Source: Eutreptiella sp. 'Long Island Sound 2002'
Taxonomy: Eukaryota > Protista > Euglenida
Assembly: GCA_964036045.1 (NCBI GenBank)
Contig: OZ038378.1
Span: 172,856,001 to 172,920,000, forward strand
Direction: 5' to 3'
DNA length: 64,000 nucleotides
Below, one piece after another: positions 47,401 through 61,700 of this stretch. Below the pieces are notes generated by a model that saw nothing but the letters and a program-made list of their open reading frames with translations, did not search any database and had not been told where the DNA came from. Position 1 is the stretch's first letter. Every line of letters begins with the position of its first letter. Both the position numbers and the translations under genes were made by a program.

Positions 47401-49233
47401 AGCATGGCTGCTCACAGGCACTGGCTGTTTCCCCCTGCACTCCCTCAGGCAGTAAGATCCCCTCGCAGGCCTCCAGATGGACAGGCACGATGCCAGTAGG
47501 AACACAGGTTGCCAGTTGTCGGAGATTCATGGATTTGCTAGTGGTTGACTGTCAACCGCGGTAATTGCAGTCAGCTGACCGATTGATTGCCCGCAGGCAG
47601 TTGATGGGTGTCGAGAGTCATTTAGGGCAGTTGGTGGTGGATTTTTGGGGGAGGGCAGGGTATCAGGCCTGCTTAAAGGGGCTGGATCCCACAAATCACT
47701 GCAATCTTGCGCAAAGATGTGACCTTCCCCAGCACCCAGCAAAATATCCATGACGCCTCCAAATCTTCACAACCAAGATAGGCACCTAACATGGGACGCA
47801 CATCACATACACCCACCCCTCTTCCCTCTCCCCTGCTCCAAGTCCCCTGTGTCATCATGCCTCCCCCCAAGCTGACTTCCACTACTTAGTCCAGACCTGG
47901 TCTGGGTTGAGGTACCCCTTCTAGCGGCTGCTGTTGCTGCTGCTACCAGCAAGCAAGCAGTAGTAAGTGCACGCAAAATGGCCAAGAATCAAATTGCCGT
48001 TGTGGTGGTTCGGAGTTAGCCAAGTCACCTGGAAGAGAGGCTGTTAGATCAAGTGCGCAGAAGCCATACACCCCACTTTTTTGGGGTTGTTCGCGCAGCA
48101 TACCCCAAGGCCCCATGATATTGGATGTCTAACCCCTTGTAAAATCATTATTTTGCGAGACAAAATGATCCCCAATGGATTTTTCGATTTTGAGCCCTCT
48201 ACCCCCCCCCCCCCCTCCCGTACTTGGGTACGGTGGGGGGGGGGGGGTCAAAAGCTTGTGCTTGGTGGGATTCGAACTCTGGTCTGTCAAACGGCTGACG
48301 GACAAACTGCCGTGCGGCCGGAAATCAAACCGACGCCCAACTGCTTGCACATTACTTGTTTTTCCACTCATCCACGGTCAGTTTGTACAAAGTGGTGCTT
48401 TTTCTCCAGTTGAAGATATAGGGTGACACCATAAAAACCAAACTGGGTGTTTCTGCCTGCATGCCTGCCTGCCTCAGACTGTCTGCCTGCCTGCCTGCTT
48501 GACTGATAGGCTGACTGTCAGCCTAATGGACTGACTCTAGTGTTCTAGCACTCTCTTTGAGGAGCCTTGCCGGAGGCAATAGAATTTCTGGTGGTTAAAA
48601 CCAGTCACATTGATCATACACCCCATGTACAGCATGTTTTGAGGCCGTTTTAGGGGATTTTCACTCCATTTGGGTATTTGTTGTGGGGGGGACAGAAAGC
48701 AGCGACCCGACACAACATGCGAAGGGAAGAACGGGTGACCGTCCAGGGCCCCGTAAAGGAGCAACAACCAGACGGAATGTCACACAGGGGGGCTCTTTAG
48801 GGGGATGGTATGCAAACTACACGAAGTTTTGCACCCACAACAACTCAACAACGGAAACTTTCAAAACTTCTTTTTTATATTATGATCACTCACAATTATC
48901 AAACATTCTATGCAATGCAAGTTTTAGGCTTTTTGTATTTTTCACGTATATGGTGATATGCACAGTGCAAGGTGCAAAAGAATTTGTGATTGTGTTTTTA
49001 CCCAAAATGCTCAGATTTGAATGGAGAATTCAAATATGACACTGTGAAGATTGTGGTTATCCTGGCCCCCCTGCAGCTGTGAATATGCTGTGGGCCTTTG
49101 TAGTATTTGGCCCTGTTGCATCCTAATTTCTTCTTGTGGTGAATGGTAAAAGAAGGTTTTATCCCATTTGTGTAAATTCAAGATGCTCAGAATGAAATAG
49201 GGGATTAAAAAAAAATGCCCCCCCCCCTGGTCA

Positions 49234-49482
49234 ACGGCACAGGCAACAGCCCGTCCTTGGGACGGCCGACCCCGAGGTCGTCAAACAGGACAAGTCATCC
49301 AGCGACTCCGTTGACGCAACCAAACCACGTTCGGACCCACAGAGGGTCAGAATGTACAGTGGCGAAAGGCCAATAGGCGCGGCCAATGGTAAACAAACCA
49401 GCACCATGGCCTCGTGCCAAACCCCCCCTCTGGACAGCTTCAGACAGCTGTCCATGTTGGTGTCATGCCCCCCCCCCCCCCC
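49234..49482. repeat. Dispersed repeat; partial copy at 61975-62066
   Basis: Shared GGCGA.AGGCCAATAGGCGC.GCCA...GGCCT.GTGCCAA.CCCCCC; ends in C15. Confidence 0.7.
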
Positions 49483-49737
49483 CAAATTCAACCCCCTGCC
49501 CACGCCGCTGGGGTTGGGGTCCAGAACTGGGCTGAACCACTGGAATGCGAAAAAAGAACAGGGTCCAACCCGGATCTCCCGCATCAAAGGGCCTCCCCCC
49601 CATCATCAGAAAGTCAGTGACGAAGCAGTGATCTCCATAAGATGGTGTCCCTTTTTTTTTTCCAGGGGAATGGGAAGACGTCCTCCCCCCTGTCATGATT
49701 TCATTGGCAGATTGTGTGTTCCATTGCATCCTCGACG

Positions 49738-52700
49738 ATGCTTTCTGGTGCCCTCCAGCTTCCCCCACGCACGATTCTTAGGATCGGCCAGCCGCAGGGT
49801 TGGAGTGCCCCAGCTACGCTGCCCAGCCAAGAGCACAACCCCTTGCAGCCGCCTCCCCAGCAGCAGCGCCTCTTTCACCAGTTTATGCAGCCTCCGCCCG
49901 GCCAAGCATCGCCGCGTTCCGACCCCGCATTTGCATCGACTGCCCCCGCTTTTAGCACCTCGCCCGTTCCCTCGCTGAATTTGAAAGGCACGCAGTCGCT
50001 TCCGGGCGCCCCCTCCACGGCCCGCCTGAACCACGAGCCCCCCGTTGCAGAGCAGCTCCACTCCGCCCGCCAGTTGAATGATTCAGGCCAATCCGAGACC
50101 CTGAAGCAGCAGGGCACCTCCTTGTCGTTTCATTCGGTTGGAGAGACCCCACAGACTGGAGGAGGTACGTGGCCCCTGCAGTCCCGAGTGCGCCGCTTCA
50201 CAATGATGAAGGCCAGCCAAACGGAGAGTGTGGGGAAGAGGGGAGGTGACAGCCAGTGGCGCAAGGGAGTGAGGCGCGCAAGACGTAGGGGCTATGCGGT
50301 AGTGGTGCAATGCCATCGGACCCCAAGTTCCGCTGGCCCCAGCTGAGAACGGGGGCGTTGTTCAGGGAACGGACAGCAGTTGGGCCGCCTCTATTGCATT
50401 GCACCCTTGGGCGAGTGCAGGGCTGGTGGAAAATTGAACAGGAGGAGTACATTTGAGTTGGGAGAAGTCGGAGAAGTCCAATGTCAGGCCCAGCCTGACC
50501 ATATGACAGATGTCTATCCCCCCCCCCCCCTAAGATTGAATGATTGAGGACCCACTGGCGAAAGAAGACTTTTTCTGCGCCTCCTTGGACCGGTCCGAAA
50601 ATTGCTTCAGCGTATCGAGCCATAATGCATTCAAGATCCAGAACTGGCATTGGGAGAGGCGGGGCGGGATGCCAGGGCTCGGTGCTGAGGGAACATAGCT
50701 GATGTGGTTGGTGGAACGTATGGCCAAGGGGTTCCAGATCACCATGTGTGCTATCGGTGGTACACTGCATTGGTCAAGCATTTTGCCTGACTTTGGTGTA
50801 TCCCCGGCCAAAAATTGAAAAAGACAGGGGGGCTGCTCGGACAGGGGGCTCATAGAGCCCCTTTTCTGTACCAAAGACTGGCCTCTTGGTGAAGATGCAG
50901 CACAGCATAGTGTCTCACTTTTTGCTTTGCGTTTGGTCCCATATTTGCACCGTGTGCTCATTGTAAAGCGCTTGTCAACGGGAAGACCACACAAAATGTA
51001 ATGGATGGAAGCTGTTATTTCTTGGACATCTCTGGATGGATGCCACTTGCTTCCTGGCGTGTGAATGTGTGAATGGATACTGTCATTTCCTGGACGTTTG
51101 AAATAGGTTGCAAACGAGTGACAAATGGAGCAGGCGGCATTACCTCTGTCCCAATACTGACGAAGTGGCCAGTCATTGTTCCTTTATCTCCGTACAAAAT
51201 AAATGGTACTGTACTGTGCTGTGCGGTACCCCACTCTAGACCCCCGAAATGAATTTGGTCCTTGGAGCCCCTCTGTGGCACGCATAGTGAAGAAATAACC
51301 TTGCCGCTCCTGGGCCCCCTTTTCCCAACTTTTGTCTCTTGTGACTGTCATCTCGTCATCTCGCTTTGCTGTTGGCGGCGATGCCGCATCTCCCCATTGG
51401 CTCTGCCACTTGCGTTCCCGCGCTATGAAGTCTGCTTCCTGCAGCTCTGCGGCGTTCTGATGGGAACTGGTGTTGCCCATTTTCTTGCACTGCTGCCGCC
51501 TGCTCACTGTTTCCCACTGGTGTGGTACGCTGCAGTGTGTTGTTGCCCGTCCGGGCTGCCCCCCTTGTGTGACGATTCGCACATCATCGGCGCTGGATTT
51601 GGGCTTTGCGGTCTGGAAGTGACTCAGTGTGAAGCCTGCCAGCCACTGAGGCCGTGGCTGCAATCGTGAGCAGTGGGATATTCAGTTTCAGAAGTGAATG
51701 CACATTCTTCCTTTTGGGGGGCGGGGGCGTACGGCGTATTTTGGAACGAACCCCCACGGCGTGAGAAGGGGGTTCTGGAGGGGTGAGGGCGGGGCGCGCC
51801 GGGGTTCTGGGGCGGCGGGGGGGGGGGGGGCAATGGTGTGGGCGTGGAATGCCTTTTGACAACGCCCGATGTGTGGACAACGACCCTGTTCACGTCTGGC
51901 GCCCTCGGTCCACAGCGCGGGTAGTGCGAAGACGATCCGGGGGTCCCGGTGAGAGATCGACGCGTTGGCCAAATGACCCCATGAACCGCATGTCGCTGTT
52001 CTTCAGATGCCGTGCAATGGCCGGGCACTGGGTCCACCCCCCAGTTGCTGGACAGCCTTCCCGTGGAGACGCCCACGAACGTGTTGTCCAAGGAGGCCAA
52101 GGCCCCCGTGCTATTGGAGGGCGCGGCGGCGCCAGTCAACAAGCAGCAGCTGATGCAGGAGCAGCAGCAGTTGAAGCAGAAGAAGCAAGAGGAGGCGCTC
52201 CGAAGGGACCAGAAGCTGGCGGAGGTACCCTCGTGTTTTCTGACTTGTTCGTGTGCGGAACACAGTGGAACAGCACATCACCCCTGCGATTCGTGGCCGT
52301 TCTCAAGAACTCGGTCGGTCCTGCCGCGAACGGTTGACCGCCAACTGCCATCGGTTCACCACCAACTGCTCGTGGCCAAGGGCGGGTGGGTGTCCACCAG
52401 CGGCCGTCGGTCACCACTGCCGACGCCAGGCGCTGTCAGTGTGAGCACTGCGCCGCCCGCGTACCCCTGAACCGGCTGGGGCGGTGTCGGTCATGTCGCC
52501 TTTGGGGATGCTGCACGACCCCATCCTCCACAGTCAGCATCGCGCCGGGCAGCGCGCTGCTCACCGGCACGCGGCGTTTAATGCGCCCGGTCGAGCCAAG
52601 GAGAGTCGGACCCGTTTGGAAGTAGGACCCTTCCACCAGCACATCTCGCTGAACGCTGCCTGTTGCCGGGGCGTACTGGTGGCCTCGGGGTTGTGTGACG

Positions 52701-55700
52701 GGCCGGGGGTACGAAGCCAAAGGGTGGGGTGCAAAGGCGTCGCGCTGGCCGAGGTACTTGACGGCGCATATGAGAACTCAAGTGTCTACTGCACGCGGCC
52801 CATTTTGCACGCGGCGCTGGTGGCTGAAATCGGGTTTGCCGCGCGGGGGCCTGAAAACGCTTTTGGCGCTGGCGGGCGGCTGAAGTCGGTTTTGGCGCGC
52901 GCGAGCGCCCCAGATCGGATTCCGGTGCGAAGCACCGACACCCTCTGCTGCTTCCCTTCGTTCAGGCTGCCCAGCGTCAGATGCTGGACAACGGAACTTA
53001 CATTGAGAAGCTGATCAACACGCCTCCCAAAAAGCCCCTCGCCCCCATTAACACCGATGCCCTGTCCCCCCGCCCTGCCGCAGCGCAGACCCAGCTCCTC
53101 CCGCAGGTGCCTGCTGCAGAGGCCCCTGTCGCCCCTTCGTCCCCCTCCGAAACCCCTGCAGAGGACGAGGCAGCCCCAATGACTGCCCCGACAAGCCCTC
53201 CTGCTTCAGTGGGGCCTGTTACGGCCTATCCCGCAGCCCCCCCTGTTGACTCTCCCCGAACCCCTGCCTCAGCCTCTCCTGTGGCCCCAGTTGCAGCCTC
53301 CCCCACTGCCCCTGCAGCGGCTGCTCCTGCTGCTGCACCCGCCTCCCCCACTGCAGCAGCTTCAGAAGTCTCACCTCCTGCTTCTCCCATCGCTCCTGTA
53401 GCTTCGGCTGCCCCACCTGCAGCCTCTCCCGTGAGCTCTCCTGCAGGCGTACGTGCAGCTTCTCCAGACATGCCTGTGTTGGAGACTCAAATGTCGTCTC
53501 CCACCACCTTCCCTTCAGCCTCGTCACCGTTATCAGCCCCCCAGCCCCGCGAATCTACTCCACTTGGGGCCGTTGCATCGGCCACCACATCCCCGAACAC
53601 CCAGTCCCTGAGAGATCAGGTGGAGGCCGCGGGTTTCGGGCAACCCTTGTTTGCAGCTTCCTCTTCGGACACTGTGCCCAAGCCCCCAGACCAGAAGGCA
53701 GAGCGGCCCCCGCCCCGGTTGCCTGCGGTAGGCCTGTCGTCGCACGCCTCCATTATTAAGGCAGGGACTCAGGGCCCTACCATCCGCACATTTGCAGGTG
53801 TGCAATTAGGGCTCGGAGATTTGTGGGCTTGCCAGGGCACAGAGCTCCCTCACCATCTACCGACCAGTGCTCTTTGGAAAGTCGTACGATTCACAGCATT
53901 CCCAGATAGGGTGCTGCATTCGTAGTGCACTGCCTTTGCATTCGCTGTGTACTGCTGACGCTCTATGCACTGATACACGGTTTATGCGAAAATATGCACT
54001 GGTGAAGTCGGGTTTTCAACGGGGGGGGGTCAATAGAGCCCCAAAATTGGGATGGGGGGTTTGCGAAAAGGGCTCAATTGACAGGACCGTCCATTAATCG
54101 GTTGTTGTGGACTCTGGCGTCGAAGGTGTGGACAATTTTTTTGAGCATTGAAAATGGTCAAATTTTTTTTTTACCAAATACATGGCAAATGGTGATTTTT
54201 CTGAACCCCCTGGACGTGCTGATTCCAGAAATTGCATTTTCATTTTTTGCCCAATTTTGTGTCCGGGTCACCTCCCCGGGGCCCGGGGTTCAGTCTCGGT
54301 GGGATTTTGGGTGGCCCGTCAATTGAGCCCTCTTAGGGAAGGCAGGGGGTTTAGCCAGAGGGCTGTATCGACCCCTACCCCCCCCCCAGTTGAAAGCCCG
54401 CCCACCTGTGGACATGAATCATGTATGCACCGGATGTATGATTCTTTAGCATTACCTGTGCACTGCCCGTGCAACACACTGCATGTGGGTATATTGTGGG
54501 ACATGCTGGTAGGGCTGGTATCCATTACTCAAGCGGCCTGTGCACTGCGCGTGCATGACCTGTGCACTGCCTGCGCTGCTGCCCATTATTGATGCATCAC
54601 CAATGCACAACATCTGCACTGCCATCAGACCCTCGTCAGCTGGTTTTCCCTGCAGTCATGGCATTGTCTGGACTGCCGCCCCGCTCACCCCACCACGCCC
54701 CCTGTCTGTGTAGGGAAATCTAAGGAGCTGGCTCTGGTCCAGCCAGGCTTGGAGGGTGTTCGCTTCAACATCGGAAGTGCTGGCACGCAAGGCACTTCCG
54801 GCAGCGGGCGTGAGGGTCGCGGCCCTGTGTCTCTTGCTGATGCAGAGCAGCAGGAGGAGTCTTCCGGAGGGCGTAGGCGGAGGTATGTGTTGTGCAACAG
54901 GACGCCAACTGTTCACTGCCCTGTTTGTTCGCAACTGTTGCAGTGCAGTGTGTGTATGGTGGTTGCTAAGCAGCCAGGGTCCTCAGTCTTCTTTTTGTTT
55001 GCTAAACATTGCATCCTTTTTGGTAGTAGGCGGTTGGGTGACAGCAGTTCCAGGCCAACCGGCGTTTTAACTGATAATCCCGAATCAGTCATGTGGTTAC
55101 AGCCGTGCGGGAAAATGAGGTGCTTTTCTTACCATGTGTGCGTAACCGTGTGGGAGGTTGAGCTGCGAGCGTGCGCAATCATGCGGCACGTTGTGCGCAA
55201 CCGTGCCCAACTGTGCGCAACCGTGCCCAACTGTGCGCAACTGTGCGTGAATTTTTTTTTTGACTAGAAATGTGCTGCTGGTTCAACCCTCTCAAACTCC
55301 AGTTCCAGTGGTGAATGTTGTGATTCGGCATGTTCAAGTTCTGATGAGGAACACAAAATACCAGAGCCCAATTTACGAGATGTACCCGAATCATATGTTG
55401 AAGACGAAGTGGAGGAGGAGGAATGTGTTGGGGCCCCAAAGGAGGATTTGTTGTTTTGGTTGGCCAAGTATAAGCCACAATTGGCTGTTTATGAAGCCCG
55501 ATTACGGCATGATGGCTGGGATACATAGCAGTCATTGAGACTTATGACTGCCAACGATATGGCTGATTTGAACGTCCTTCCGGGACCTTGTTGTTTACTG
55601 GTGGATACTTTGAAGGATTTGTAGTATGGCGCTTGGCCTGGTGGGGCGCTAACATAGTGATTTTAGCCTGGAAATGACCAGGGGTCTTGTGCTCTTCAAC

Positions 55701-58700
55701 ATAAATACTCCCAGCGCCAACATTCTGGGATGTTCCCATTTCAGGTACACAATTGCACCCAACTGTGCGCAAGTGTGCGTAACTGTTCGAGGCAATGCAG
55801 TGCACGCGTGCGCAACCGTGTGCCCACGTCGTGCGCAACCGTGCGTACCCGTGCGCAAACGGTTGTAGCCACATGTCTGATCGTGATTGCAAACCGCTGA
55901 TTGCAGTGATGTAAATGGCGGTCGCTGGCGGCTGTCTTTTGTCACGGTATCGCTCGTTCAGTGGTCGCTGTCTGATAGCTGCGGTCAAAAATTTTGTTAA
56001 GGGAAGGAAATTTGTTTCTCTTTCGGTAGGGGCAGCCTGAGTTTTCACGTGGCAGGTCTGCTAACTGATAACAGCAGATGTCAACCGTGTGCAGGCGCTG
56101 AACGGTTCGTAGATGGTGGTCAGCGGGCAATCAGCAGCTTGTTGCTGGTCGGGTGGCGTTGTCTTGAGGATTCGGTGGGATGGAGTCCAGCTGTCCGCCC
56201 CCCCCCTACCCTACCCCTTAAGAACAACCTTGGGTCACCTTCGGTCTGTACCCTGGGTTCTGCACGGGGACGGTCATTTTGCTCCCGGCGCCCCACCCCC
56301 CCCTTTCCAGTCTACTCCCGCCCCAGTTGTAGTGGAGATTCTTGGACTGATCAATGACTGCAGGTGAAGCCTGCCAGTACCGGCCGTGCAGTGGATGCCA
56401 GGGGGCAGTGTGCTGCAATGAGCTTTCCTTTCTCACCCACAAACCTGCATCACCAACCCCCCCGCCCCCCAAAGTGAGTGCAGGTTGGGTGTTTGCCCTG
56501 TCTGTCACGTTGATTTTGGAGGTTCAACCAGGAACCAGGTCTGAATTGGAGATGCACTCTTTTCAGATTTGGGAGTGCATTGCCTCATTTGCATTTCATT
56601 CTGCACCTGTTTCTGTTGGTCATTTCATCCCCAGTATCCCCAATAAAGCAAGTCTCAGCCCCTTCCCCACCCCCTTCCAGGACCTCGAGGTCACACGAAG
56701 ACATGCCATTGGACACCGGCTGTGATCAACCAGCCTGCGTGGAATCCCCTCTCATCTTTTCTTCCCTTGATCCATAGGCACACGTCTTGGACCGCGCCCC
56801 ACCGGCGCAAGCGCACAGTCCAGCAGCAGGTCCAGGAGGAGGAGATGCGACGTGCGCAACTCAACCGGCTGGCAGAGCAAGCGTGTGCCACGGAATGGGA
56901 GGCGCAGACTCGCCTGCGAAATGTGAACCAGGCCCGGAACCGGGCGGCCCTGGTCGTGCAGACAGCGTATCGCATCTACGCGTCCCGCTTGTCGGCGGAG
57001 GCGCGCATGGACCGCGCAAGGTCAATGGGGACGAGGATGAAGGTCATGCGCTCCTCTCTACACGCTACACACTCCACGGCTACATCACTCTACATCATTT
57101 TACATCAGTCTACATCAGTCTACATCAGTGTACATCACTCCACACAGAAGTGCATGCCTGTACACGCCACACACTCTACACACTACATCACTCTACACTA
57201 CATCACTCTACATCATGCTACATAATTGTACATCGCTCCATATCACTCCACATGGATATACATGACTCTACATGATACACAATCTGCACGCTACATCACT
57301 CTACGTCACTCTACGTCACTCTACATCACCCTACATCACTCTACATCAGGCTACATCACTCTACATGCCTGAACACGGATTTTCATGACTCTACACTCTA
57401 CACGCTGCACACTCTGCACACGCTGCACGCTATAACACGCTACATCACTGTAAATCACGCTACATCACTCTGCATCACTCTACATCATCGTGCATCACTC
57501 TACATCACTCTACAACACGAGGCATGGATGTACATGACTCTACACGGTACACACTCTCCACGCTACATTATTCTACATCACTCTATGTTACTCTACATCA
57601 CTCTGCATCACCCTACATGGGGGCTGTTGGGTCTGGAATCTGAACAGGCGGCCCCCTGTGAACACTCATATGTGCGTATGTACCTGTATCTACACATATG
57701 TGTGCGCAATGTTTTCAGCTGCGTCATGCTGTAGTCTTTGGGGGCAGTGGGATTCAATCCCTGGGCGATGAAGCATTGGATACATAGCTCAACATACGCC
57801 ACCGTGGCATCAGCATATGATCATCGCTCAACGTGCTCAGAAATCAACAAACGCCAACAGTGCTACAGATATCTCTCGGGGGTCCGTCATGATGTGCCAA
57901 CGCGGAGCAAATGGGCACTTTTTTAGTTCTTTTTTGGCACATTTCGTCCCTTTACCAAAAAATGTTGTCCCCTGTCCCGATCGTAGCCACTCTCCGTGAC
58001 GCGATCTTGAGCAGCTTGAAATGGTGGCTCATGGCGGTTGTTACTTTTTCGTTGTGGATCAGAGGTGCATCATGGGTTCAGGGGTTTCCTTGAGGGTAGT
58101 AAGGTGGGGACCCAGGTTGGTTGATCAGCACTAGTGTTGGGGCCAGGCTGGTGGGGAAAGGACCCTCCAGAATGCTCACGAGCACTTTCCAGTGTACATG
58201 CAGATTCAGCGTCTGGCACCGTGCACTACACCCACCCATACACACAGGGACGCACCCCTGGCCTGCACCGTGGGCCTCACCAATGGGGAGCGACCCGACC
58301 CGAGGACGCCAGTGTGGCCATACAGGCTCAACCGGGAGACCTGGTAAAAATGGTGAAACCCCACCCACCCATACACAGACACACGCGCACACACACACAC
58401 ACACACGACTCGCATACTGTGCCATGCTGAGCACGCAATCTGCACGTCGTGTGTGCTGCATAATGCCTGTTCAGGGCATTATGGGACTGTTGCACAGGTA
58501 TCAAAAGCGGCTTGTCGTGGTCCAACAGTACCTTTTTTGGTATCCTTGTTGGTCGTTGAGATGATTTGGAAAAGTGCCTGTCTTTGACCCATTTTCGGCC
58601 CTGAAATGCAACACTTTTAAAGCATTTTGAAAATGTGCTGGCTGCACACTGGCCGACAATGGGTCTCCATCGTTCAAAAACAACGTTTTTCCTTCAGCTC

Positions 58701-61700
58701 GGTGACCCCAGCCATCGCTGTCAACCACCGACCGCAATCAATTACGCCAAAGGCAGGTGACGGCTGTTGGCGGGGGGGTGCGTGGCAGGGTCCTTCGCAC
58801 TGGAAAAAAACCGTCGTGGTTGTACAACGGTCCCCTGAGGAGGGCCTGCGGGGAAGCATGTGACATTCGCGACGCACCGCACAAGGCAAAACTGGCTACA
58901 TACCGATAGAGAACGCAGGTAGACCAGCAACACAGGCAAACGCCGATAGACAGGCATTACGTCCCGAACCCCCCAACTCTTTCATCCCCGGCTTTGGAAT
59001 CGAGCGGGGGGGGGGGGGGGGGGTTGATCCAAGGATGGATCCAAAAATGGCCCGAAAAATGCTTCCTTCTCTCATTTTTCTGTGCGACGGGGGGCTGTCG
59101 GTGCACCGAGTACACCGGTCCTGCAGCCCTGCACCCCTCACCACCCTCAATCTGCAGGCGGTAAAGAAGGTCCAGGCCTGCATTCGCGCCTGGCTGAAGC
59201 GCACAGAGCCGTCTCGAAAGCTGCTGGCGGGCCTGTCGAAGCCGCGGAGCACCCGGAAAGTGTTCCCCGCAGTTGCCTGCGTTCAACGGGCGTGGAGGGT
59301 CTACTCGGCCAAGAAGGAGATTGAAATGAGGTATACGAAGGAGCTGCGGACAAATGTTGGGCATGGCCCGAGGGGAGGGTGGCGCCATCTCGTATCGCCG
59401 CGGATAGTTGCCGAGTGCCCCCGCTCTTCATCCCCTTGAAAGCAGCAGAATAGAAGGCAAAACAACACGAGAACAAAAGCAACTGATGTCACCGATGTGC
59501 TTTTGAATCGAGGGCTCTGTGAGACGAGGACCGCGTGCGATAACAGGTCACACACACCTCGAGCTGCACCCGGTCGACAATACGGAAATCGCCGTAGCCC
59601 AGTGGCCCTCACCCCCACAGGCCGACGGGGGATTCCGCACCAGCCGAAGGAATGGAATATTCCCTGAGCCCCAATAAAGGAAGCCGCATGCCTCAGTGAG
59701 GGCGGGGGGCGCTGCGGCCCAGCTCATACCGAGGCCGAACTCCACCCCCCGACGGGGTAAGCAAATGTCTGCTCTCCCGCACCGCTCATGCAACTGTCGG
59801 GAAATTGAACCACCCGCCCTTCAGCTGTCGGGTGCTGGCGGAGTTGCGTCGGGTGCTGGTGGAGTTGCGTCGGGTGCCCGCGGGGACAGGGCGCTGAGTT
59901 CCCCGCGGCCTCCTCCGCCACCTGCTGCAACGCAGTCCAGGCCCTCAGCCCCGGTCCCAGCCCGCCGCCCAGTCCCAGTGCCAAGTGCCGGCCTTGTCCC
60001 CATCCTGCCCTTTCGCACTCTGCCCCGCGTGTCGCAGGCGCCTGAACTTCCGGAAGGGGTGGGAGATCAAGGAGGCCCGAGAGCGGTTGAGGCTGAGGGC
60101 CATCACAATTCAGAAGTACTGGAAGGGGTGCAAAGCCCGGGAGGTTTGTGGCAGGGGCAGGAATGCCGGGGCTGGTGGGGCAGGGGGGGCTGCCAAATGG
60201 CCGACAGCAGACACGCAGCGGGGAGGCTGGGGAGGTGTAGAGGAAGCGTGAAGCAGGGGAAAGGGGCCAGCGGCAGAGGAGAGACTACGGCTGTCCGTGC
60301 TGACGGGTCGGTCAACCTCTCGAATCCGCGAGAACCCACGGGGCTTTGGCCCGCTGTGTCGGCTGGCGGGTGCGTGTCGGGTGCTGTCGCTGGGTGCTGT
60401 CGGGTACGTGTTGGATTTTGTCGAGTGTGTGTTGGTGTCGGGTACGACGGTTACCAGCCAACTGCTCGCGGTTGCCGGCTAACCGCCATCATTCAAGAGC
60501 ACCCAAAAGCTCCCGGCCTTGATGCATTTGCTGTTGGAGCATAGCGAATGACGTTTTGGTTACCTGATCAGGACAGCCCTGACACATCCTGCAGCCGCGC
60601 CTCTTGTTTTGTCACAGTTCACAAAGACGGTGCGCAAAGTCAGGCACACGCAGGCTGTCGCCAAGCTGCAGGCTGTATGGAGATACATGGGCCCACTATT
60701 CAAGTGGTTACGGATGACAGAGGAGCACCGTGCGCTGCGCACGCGGTGTGCCACTCTCATTCAGAGTGGCTGGCGCCGCTACAGCACGCGGTTGAACTAC
60801 CGTGTGTTGAGGTGTGGCTCTTGCGTCGTGTGCTCTGCGGACGTGCGCATTGCTGCCCAGTGGTCGTTGATGTTCGGGGTTGGGACAACACGTTATCAGG
60901 AGAACGGTGGTCTTGGGGGGAAACGTGCACGCGGTGCGCATAGTAGGTGCGCGTATTCATACTTGCATTCAAAGGCACACTTCTTTGTCGTCAACATAAT
61001 ACCTCCAGGGAACTAGAAAGATGGTGCAAAGGTGTATGACCTGTACGAGTTGTGTGGAGTACCCTGCTCTGCCCTTTCTTGTCATTTGTGTGTGAGCATT
61101 CATCTGTTGCTTTGTACTGCAGCTCTGATGTGCTTCCCTCATTTCTTGTCATGCCCCCTCACCCTGAAAAACTGCCAAAAAATGCGTAAAACAGGTACTC
61201 TAAAGAAGCACGCGGTGCAACACGCGGTGCAACACGCGGTACACGTGGTGCGCATGTTTTCCCCTTGTGCGTCTGTGGCTGCCATTCAGGCTGCTGGGCA
61301 ACAGCACCTACTGTTGCTTTGACAAGTGGGGTACTTGTAAAAGGTCAAATAGGACATGGTTCCGAAATTTGCGGAAACAACGGGGGGAAAGGCCTTGCTT
61401 TGATTTTGCACCTCTTCTTCAGCATCTTCGTCCACATCCTCCTCGTCCTCTTCACCCTCGGTTTGGTCTTCATCATCTTCCTCCACATATTCTTCCTCCA
61501 TGAGTCTATTGATGGAGACGGTTTTCGCTTGCACCGTGCATTTTGACTTGTTGGGGGAAGGCACACCAACCAGGCGCTCGGGACTAAAATTCAAATTAGC
61601 CGCCGGCGGTACCGCTGCCGACAGTCGGAGCCGGCCGCAACAAGTCTCCGACATGCGTGGCGAAAACTACTTTGATTGTTTGGTAGTGATGCAAATGATT

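Noticed and set aside
57735-57815. tRNA-like sequence on the minus strand (GGGATTGAATCCC)
   Set aside because: Degenerate B box and no consistent cloverleaf.
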